Shown: positions 26,060 to 32,000 of the stretch, in pieces
How positions within the stretch are numbered: the stretch's first letter is position 1
Layout of the letters: the number at the start of each line of letters is the position of its first letter
The notes under the pieces: generated by a model
The model's input: the letters and a program-made list of their open reading frames with translations, nothing else
Told to the model about the DNA's origin: nothing
Database searches by the model: none
NCBI GenBank assembly: GCA_938014865.1
Contig: CALLQJ010000350.1
Coordinates: forward strand, 1 to 32,000
Source of the DNA: an uncultured Fastidiosipila sp.
GTDB taxonomy: Bacteria > Bacillota > Clostridia > Saccharofermentanales > Fastidiosipilaceae
Direction: 5' to 3'
DNA: 32,000 nucleotides
Translations under genes and position numbers: made by a program

Positions 26060-26235
26060 AACACTGTGTTCATATTCAGCTTTGAGTATCGCACTAAAGT
26101 AAGGGCTCCGGCAGACTCGATAAAAGCCCTCCGGGGGTATAGCTCGAGCGTCTGCTTAATGCAGTCTAAGTGGTATAAAGAGTCGGAAATATCAAATTCT
26201 GCTAAAATTAAAGAAATACATTTTCGGAGGCAGTT

Positions 26236-26595
26236 ATGGACTCCATTAAAGAAGCCGCTAAAATAGTAAAAGAATTTTGTGAAGCAAGAGACTGGGATCA
26301 ATATCACAATCCTAAGGATCTGGCCATCGGTCTGAGCACCGAAGCCAATGAACTGCTGGATATATTCCGCTTTCAGTCTCAAGAAGATATGGATCAGATC
26401 ATGAGCGATCCTGCTAAACGCGAAGAAGTTTCGCAGGAACTCGGTGATATCTTCTTTTTTCTGCTGCGCTTTGCTCAGATGAATCACTTTGATCTCTTTG
26501 AAGCGTTACAAGACAAAGTCAAGTTAAACGATCGGAAGTATCCGGTAGAAAAAGCCAAAGGCAAAAATTACAGATACAAAGATCTGCAGCATTGA
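26236..26595 (+). CDS. MazG-like (all-alpha) nucleoside triphosphate pyrophosphohydrolase
   Basis: 119 aa. 'FCEARDWDQYHNPKDLAIGLSTEANELLDIF' and 'EVSQELGDIFFFLLRFA' are the two acidic helices (E-x-x-E, E-x-x-D) typical of small MazG/dCTPase-type enzymes. GGAGG sits 7 nt upstream of ATG 26236. Confidence 0.8.
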   Translation: MDSIKEAAKIVKEFCEARDWDQYHNPKDLAIGLSTEANELLDIFRFQSQEDMDQIMSDPAKREEVSQELGDIFFFLLRFAQMNHFDLFEALQDKVKLNDRKYPVEKAKGKNYRYKDLQH

Positions 26596-26619
26596 TTTTT
26601 TAAGAAATGTGTGTGCGCG

Positions 26620-28569
26620 ATGATTCTTTACAGTTCAAATTTAGACGAATTCAAATACAATGTAGATACGAATCAAATAACCGAAGAAATCGAGCGGGCT
26701 TTTTTCAGCGGACTCGGATACCGTCCGAGCCCCGGCGAAGTTATGTCCTGGAATAACTCACTGCGGTATATGGAAACTGCAACACGGCTCGCCAGGCTGC
26801 CGGACTCATGCGGTGTGCTCATTGAATACAAAATTCCATCTACCAGCAAACGTATTGATTTTATGCTCACAGGTCAGGATAATCGCGGGAATGACAATTT
26901 TGTACTTGTTGAATTAAAACAATGGACTGAGGCAACACAGTCTTCGTCCTCTCGCCAGCTTGTCAATACCTTTGTCGGCAGAGACTACCGCGATGTCCCG
27001 CATCCTTCTGTTCAAGCAGATTCCTACTGTGAATTTCTGTCTAATATGAACGAATCCATTCGCCAGCAAAATATCTTAGGACATGCTTGTGCCTATCTAC
27101 ATAACTACAATAAAAAAGATCCGGAACCTCTCCTTGCAGACGAATTCGTACAGGTAACCGAGAAAGTTCCGGTGTTTTTCCGTAAAGACACAGAAAAATT
27201 TCAGCGTTTTCTTAAGCAATATCTTTCTAACGGCAATGGCGAAAGCACAAAATATTACATTGAAAACGGCAGGCTCAAGCCCTCAAAGCAGCTGATCGAC
27301 GCTGTAACATCCTTATTTAAAGGCAATGATGAGTTTATCTTGCTCGACGAACAGATCGTCGCCTACGAAACCATCGTTCAGCAGGCCCTCAAACCCGGCG
27401 AAGGTAAAAAAGTGATCGTTGTTGAAGGCGGGCCGGGAACAGGGAAATCCGTCGTTTCGATGCACGTATTTCGAGAAATGCTCGAACACGGTATGAACGT
27501 ACATTTTGTTGCACCCAACCAAGCCTTCCGCTCTGCTATCGTAGACAAGCTGTTTAAAGACGGCTTTCAGACAAAAAAGTACATTACGAATCTTTTCAAA
27601 GGCTCCGGAGGCTTCATAAATGCCCCTTATAATTTCTTTGATGCCTTAATCGTAGACGAAGCCCATCGCCTGAAAGATAAAGGCACTTATGGTTACAGCG
27701 GAGAGAATCAAATTAAAGATATCGTTAAGGCGAGCAAGCTCTCTGTTTTCTTCATTGATGATGAGCAGCAAATTCGGCCGGACGACGTAGGATCAACCAA
27801 AGAAATTTATAAATACGCCGAAATGTATAATGCACATATTTCACACCTTAAACTCAAAGCCCAGTTCCGCTGCGCCGGTGCTGAAGGCTATGTCCGCTGG
27901 ATATCCGATGTACTGCAGCTTGAATCAAATGCCAATGCGGAAGGCTGGGATCAGGGCGATTTTGAATTCGAAATTTTTGATAATCCGCATGATGTGACAA
28001 ACAAAATTGAAGCGCATCAAAAAAATGGTTTCAGTGCAAGAACCACTGCCGGCTATGCCTGGCCTTGGACAAAGACCGGCAATCCGGATGCTCAAATAAA
28101 GGATGTCGTCATAGAAGAATTTGACTTTGCCAGACCTTGGAACACCCGCAGCCCGTCTAAAATCTGGGCAAGAGATGAAGAATGTGCCCAACAGATTGGC
28201 TGCATTCACACTTGCCAAGGTCTTGAATTTGATTATATCGGCGTCATCTTCGGGAAAGAAATACGCTTCAACCCGAAAACTCAAAAGATTTATGCTGATA
28301 TCAAGGAATACAAAGACCGAAACGGCAAAAAGAACTTGAAAAACAATCCTGAAGAATTAACCCGCTACATTAAAAACATTTATAAAGTCTTGTGTACCCG
28401 CGGCATGAAGGGCTGCTATCTTTATATATCAGACCCGGATCTCAATGTGTATTTCAAGAATCGTCTGGCTGCTGCACGCAGAAACCGAGACGAGATTTCC
28501 TATGCATTCCCGGACAAAGAAATGTGGAAGGTTGCGGAGGATAATTCTGATGAGGATTCAAGGGATTAG
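26620..28569 (+). CDS. DUF2075 / Schlafen-group-3-type P-loop helicase with an N-terminal PD-(D/E)xK nuclease-like module
   Basis: The start is probably ATG 26620 ('MILYSSNLDEF...'). The listed GTG 26611 is an alternative. Nuclease-like core: 'IEYKIP...RIDFMLTG...FVLVELKQW'. Walker A 'GGPGTGKS' is at 27427-27450, 'IVDEAHRL' at about 27649-27672, and an SF1 motif-VI-like 'CIHTCQGLEFDYIGVIFG' follows. The gene starts 24 nt after the MazG-like gene. Confidence 0.75.
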   Translation: MILYSSNLDEFKYNVDTNQITEEIERAFFSGLGYRPSPGEVMSWNNSLRYMETATRLARLPDSCGVLIEYKIPSTSKRIDFMLTGQDNRGNDNFVLVELKQWTEATQSSSSRQLVNTFVGRDYRDVPHPSVQADSYCEFLSNMNESIRQQNILGHACAYLHNYNKKDPEPLLADEFVQVTEKVPVFFRKDTEKFQRFLKQYLSNGNGESTKYYIENGRLKPSKQLIDAVTSLFKGNDEFILLDEQIVAYETIVQQALKPGEGKKVIVVEGGPGTGKSVVSMHVFREMLEHGMNVHFVAPNQAFRSAIVDKLFKDGFQTKKYITNLFKGSGGFINAPYNFFDALIVDEAHRLKDKGTYGYSGENQIKDIVKASKLSVFFIDDEQQIRPDDVGSTKEIYKYAEMYNAHISHLKLKAQFRCAGAEGYVRWISDVLQLESNANAEGWDQGDFEFEIFDNPHDVTNKIEAHQKNGFSARTTAGYAWPWTKTGNPDAQIKDVVIEEFDFARPWNTRSPSKIWARDEECAQQIGCIHTCQGLEFDYIGVIFGKEIRFNPKTQKIYADIKEYKDRNGKKNLKNNPEELTRYIKNIYKVLCTRGMKGCYLYISDPDLNVYFKNRLAAARRNRDEISYAFPDKEMWKVAEDNSDEDSRD

Positions 28570-28763
28570 TGGAGTAATTTAATTCTTACTGATGGTTTTT
28601 TGCAGAGTATGGTAAGTCTGATTTTATAGCTGCTGTTTAGGCCGGTCATGATTAAAATACGTGATTGTAGTACGAGATCTCGAGGCACATGTATCAGGTA
28701 AATGACAACGTATATTGTATTATTGAACTACAAACGTAAGACCACTAATTAAATATTTATATG

Positions 28764-30251
28764 CTACACACCTATCCCTCTAACTTTCAAATCAGGTAAC
28801 CTTTTTCCTTTGTATTCAACATCCAATAAGCCAAGTTGATATTTGATTGTTTTTCTCATTTGATATGCTCTTCTAAAACAATATGTTTCAAATTCAATCG
28901 GATTAATATCTTTTGCATCCTGAACATGCGGAAATAAAAGTTTTAAGTACGCTGTTGATATCCGTTTAACCGCCTCTGTATCGCGGGTATCTGCACCTTT
29001 AGGTACAATAATCAGATCATCTACCACACTTCTATAAGTCATGTCCGAGCGCAATTCGTGAAGAATAGAACAGAAATATTCTGAATTTAGTGCCCAACCA
29101 TTAATTTTTAGATCATCGTTCATTCTAGGTATGTTCCACCCTTTTATAAAGCCGTGAAATCTTTCTATTAACGCCGATTCATGAAAGACTTCCGGCAACT
29201 CTAAAAACATATTCGACCAACCATCCTGATCCATGATCTCTTGACTAATATTGCCGCATAATATAACTCCGGCATCAGCAATACCTTTATAATCGCCTAC
29301 CGTAAATGTACCTTGCTCAAGATATCCCTTTAAAGCAGCTCTCATCTCATCTGTGTTACTAAATGAAATGGTCTGTACTTCGTCTAACGTTATGAAATCA
29401 TTACCACCTACGAGCCCTACCTGACGTTTCGATATATCATAAAACATTTTTGCTCTAGACATTACTCCGCCACTTGATAACCAACCAAAACGGCTTACAT
29501 TACCGAATAGATATGATTTACCTGTTCCCTTCGGAGCTAATTCAATTAAGTTTAGACGTTTTTCCGCAAACGGTAATAATCGAGTAATCATGGTGAGTTT
29601 CTCTTCAATTGTCTTATATCCATTTGCATTATAATCAACAGCTCCGAGAACGATGTCTATCCATTCACTTATCGAGAATTCTTGACGAGCCTCCTTGAAG
29701 TAGTCAAGGTTTATGTTATAAGGGCAGAAATTATTGAAAGAAATTAACTTTATCTTTCCATCATTCGACTTGCTTTTAGAAGAGCCTTGAAATGAAGGGA
29801 TAAATTCTGCTTCTTGTGAAGATCTGTATCCCAATTCGACCATTCCCCAAATTTCTTTTCCTTTTACTAATTCATCTTTATAAGATGACCAAACATCGTC
29901 TTCTATTATGGTCTGTTTGTAGTCCAAGCCAAAATCAGGAAGTGCAAAAGAGACTTCACCTGTTTTAATGTCAATATCTACAGAAATTTTTGCAAGAAAC
30001 TTTACGCGTTCACCTTCAACAATAATTCGATCTTTTATTGCAATCCAATCGTCTTTTCTGGGAATATATCTTTTTACAAATCTAAGTAACTCATCCTGAT
30101 CAAAGTATCCTGTATCATCTTGAAATTTTTTCAATAACCAATCACGCATAAAGGAAGGCAAGCTTAACGCAGAGAAAAAATTGGTTTTTGATAAGTCCTT
30201 AAATACCACCATCTCATCAAAGCAGTCTCTTAACTTTTTTGTTGCTGACAT
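28764..30251 (-). CDS. brxL: BrxL-like AAA+ ATPase (short form, no room for the Lon-protease-like C-terminal domain)
   Basis: 495 aa. The N-terminal region ('VVFKDLSK...FMRDWLLKKF...RYIPRKDDW...VKFLAKISVDID') follows the BrxL N-domain pattern as I remember it. Walker A 'LAPKGTGKS' is at 29514-29537 and Walker B is 'FITLDEVQ'. ATG 30251 directly abuts the pglZ stop (TAGATG), with AAGGAG upstream. Confidence 0.65.
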   Translation of the reverse strand: MSATKKLRDCFDEMVVFKDLSKTNFFSALSLPSFMRDWLLKKFQDDTGYFDQDELLRFVKRYIPRKDDWIAIKDRIIVEGERVKFLAKISVDIDIKTGEVSFALPDFGLDYKQTIIEDDVWSSYKDELVKGKEIWGMVELGYRSSQEAEFIPSFQGSSKSKSNDGKIKLISFNNFCPYNINLDYFKEARQEFSISEWIDIVLGAVDYNANGYKTIEEKLTMITRLLPFAEKRLNLIELAPKGTGKSYLFGNVSRFGWLSSGGVMSRAKMFYDISKRQVGLVGGNDFITLDEVQTISFSNTDEMRAALKGYLEQGTFTVGDYKGIADAGVILCGNISQEIMDQDGWSNMFLELPEVFHESALIERFHGFIKGWNIPRMNDDLKINGWALNSEYFCSILHELRSDMTYRSVVDDLIIVPKGADTRDTEAVKRISTAYLKLLFPHVQDAKDINPIEFETYCFRRAYQMRKTIKYQLGLLDVEYKGKRLPDLKVRGIGV

Positions 30252-32000
30252 CTAAATCTCCTTAAAAAAATCATCAAAACTCTCATTTATACTGCCGACT
30301 TTACTTTTTACTCTAATTTCCGAATCAAATATCTTGTTATCGCCATCATATATTTCGATCTCATACTGTCCCGGCTTTGTAATAGAATCAATATTTACGG
30401 TATAATGATTCTCGTATTGAAATTCTGCTCGATACCGTTTTTTCTTATATAATATGTCGACTTTATTTGTAAAATTTACATAGGATATGTAAATCGACAG
30501 AGTAATACCATTTCTTCTATCAGGATAAATACCATCTTTATTTAAAATCAGTACTTTTATTTCTTTTTGTTTTTTCAGCTTTAAAGTTATAACCGGTATG
30601 ACGACCTCTTCCAGAGTTGCTCCTCCGTGAGTCTCTATTTTTGCAGCCCTGCTGCCTTTAAAGCGTTTATAATCTGCCAACACCCAATATCCATTTTCTT
30701 TGAGTGCATATGATATATCAGCTCCGGGTACTGTTTTACAACATCTTCCCGAATGCTCGCCTTTACTTTCATAAACATATTTGTCTTCATCGTTGTACAA
30801 TACAGCCAATCTGGAAGCTCCATGATCACTTGCTATTGTAACCGCTTGTGATTGTTGAGTTTGAAGATCCGAAGCTATTTTCTCTATTACTTCTTGAATT
30901 AAGTCAATTTCGGAAGCCAAATATGAGGGATCATCCCCACTATACTGTCTTTTCGTTTTTCCATGTTTGATCAAATCTAAATCTTTAATATCTGCTTTTT
31001 TATTCCCGGGCCAAGAATCAAAAAACGATCTATTTATGCTTGTTAAAGTTGGTAAATCTGCACGACAAATTTGAATCTCTATAAGCAGATCATTCTTTTC
31101 AGCCAGATCTGATATTAATGATAAATATTCAACCCCGAGAGAATCTATCCAGAAAAGGCAAGTTGAGTTTTTGTCTTCAATTTTTCTTAAAACATTATCT
31201 CTGGTTTCTAGTTTTGAATATATTGCGTTGTCAGAATATTTATCTACCAGAGACAGAAACTTTGGGTCAATTGAGTTTTTGATTTTTTGAATTTTATATT
31301 TTTGAAAATAGTTAGTAAGATCATCAGATAAAACATCACAATCAAATACATATTCCTTCAGATATACATCTAAGGCAGGATAGATAATGGATAGCTCCTC
31401 GATATATCCATATTTTGAAACCCATTTTATTATTTCTTCTCTTTCAGCTAATGTATTGTCTGTATAACGATATATACTTTCTTTTGGATAAATCTTATTT
31501 TCTTTAATAAACAAATTAATATCATTTTTGCTGAAATTAGAAACTAAGGATTTTCGTTCATTATAAAACTTACTATATTCTTTGTGATTTGTAGGGATCG
31601 TAATTAATTTATTTAAAATATTTCTTTTTAAATCGTTGGATGTATTAGTTTGCTCTACTACTAAAGACAAATAATCATTCTTTATATTTCTTATATTTAA
31701 TTTTAAAAATATAAAGAATATCCAAGTTTTATATGACACGCCTTTTAATTTGCTATTTATGTTGCTTTGCCAATCGTCATCAATACCATATGTGCTATAA
31801 ATTTTCTCTAATGATCCATCATTTTTATTCAGCTCATCCAGTAAACGCTTCCATTGATCCGATGTACCATACTGCTCCGACAAGTTTAAATGATATAAAT
31901 CTTGTAATGCAGAATATGCATTTTCTATATTGTAAATTTGTAAATATGACTCTTCAAAAGTCAGGGCTGTATCAACATAATAATTATTATAATTTGTTTG
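30252..32000 (-). CDS. pglZ: PglZ-domain (alkaline-phosphatase superfamily) BREX protein, 5'-truncated by the window edge
   Basis: PglZ-type strings 'LFWIDSLGVEYLSLI' and 'TIASDHGASRL...HGG' are present. The listed start at 31883 is a TTG. My hand translation of 31884-32000 in the same frame found no stop (...QTNYNNYYVDTALTFEESYLQIYNIENAYSALQDLYHLN-), so the gene continues beyond 32000. Confidence 0.7.
   Translation of the reverse strand, partial: QTNYNNYYVDTALTFEESYLQIYNIENAYSALQDLYHLNLSEQYGTSDQWKRLLDELNKNDGSLEKIYSTYGIDDDWQSNINSKLKGVSYKTWIFFIFLKLNIRNIKNDYLSLVVEQTNTSNDLKRNILNKLITIPTNHKEYSKFYNERKSLVSNFSKNDINLFIKENKIYPKESIYRYTDNTLAEREEIIKWVSKYGYIEELSIIYPALDVYLKEYVFDCDVLSDDLTNYFQKYKIQKIKNSIDPKFLSLVDKYSDNAIYSKLETRDNVLRKIEDKNSTCLFWIDSLGVEYLSLISDLAEKNDLLIEIQICRADLPTLTSINRSFFDSWPGNKKADIKDLDLIKHGKTKRQYSGDDPSYLASEIDLIQEVIEKIASDLQTQQSQAVTIASDHGASRLAVLYNDEDKYVYESKGEHSGRCCKTVPGADISYALKENGYWVLADYKRFKGSRAAKIETHGGATLEEVVIPVITLKLKKQKEIKVLILNKDGIYPDRRNGITLSIYISYVNFTNKVDILYKKKRYRAEFQYENHYTVNIDSITKPGQYEIEIYDGDNKIFDSEIRVKSKVGSINESFDDFFKEI

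Noticed and set aside
26066-26266. 66-aa plus-strand ORF upstream of and overlapping the MazG-like start
   Set aside because: It has no RBS, overlaps the well-supported MazG-like start and its GGAGG, and its translation is featureless.
25798-26487. 229-aa minus-strand ORF spanning the lacI 3' end, the intergenic region and the MazG-like gene
   Set aside because: It overlaps two motif-supported plus-strand genes. It has no motif or RBS of its own, and its translation looks like antisense noise.
28673-28682. Perfect 10-bp palindrome CGAGATCTCG in the DUF2075/brxL convergent intergenic region
   Set aside because: It is too short to be significant, has no flanking T-run (so it is not a terminator), and has no second copy in the window.

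Overview
The window looks like 32 kb of chromosome from a Gram-positive anaerobe. The evidence is AGGAGG-type RBSs, lipoprotein lipoboxes, a sortase-type wall anchor and Lpl-type sugar ABC systems. I cannot name the organism by eye.

Layout:
- 0.2-6.3 kb: a GNAT gene, an operon of a condensation-like acyltransferase plus L-rhamnose mutarotase, a GH88 unsaturated glucuronyl hydrolase, a divergent SDR, and an orphan integrase-fold MrpR/YopR-like gene.
- 6.6-15.9 kb, minus strand: a 1725-aa wall-anchored PL8 polysaccharide lyase, then a solute-binding protein, two permeases and a VOC enzyme. Together these form a uronate-polysaccharide (glycosaminoglycan or xanthan type) utilisation locus.
- 16.1-26.1 kb: a fructan/sucrose locus next to a divergent LacI regulator. 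It holds two permeases, a 562-aa binding protein, a 610-aa CBM-rich lipoprotein, a secreted GH32-like enzyme and a cytoplasmic GH32.
- 26.2-32 kb: the edge of a defence island. A MazG-like pyrophosphohydrolase plus a nuclease/DUF2075 (Schlafen-type) helicase form a two-gene cassette. It is convergent with the very AT-rich 3' end of a BREX operon (pglZ running off the window, and a short brxL).

The MazG/DUF2075 pair is my top candidate for an undescribed system. I saw no rRNA, intact tRNA, CRISPR array or transposase. All GC statements are eye estimates from sampled lines. All family calls rest on motifs I recognise, not on searches.
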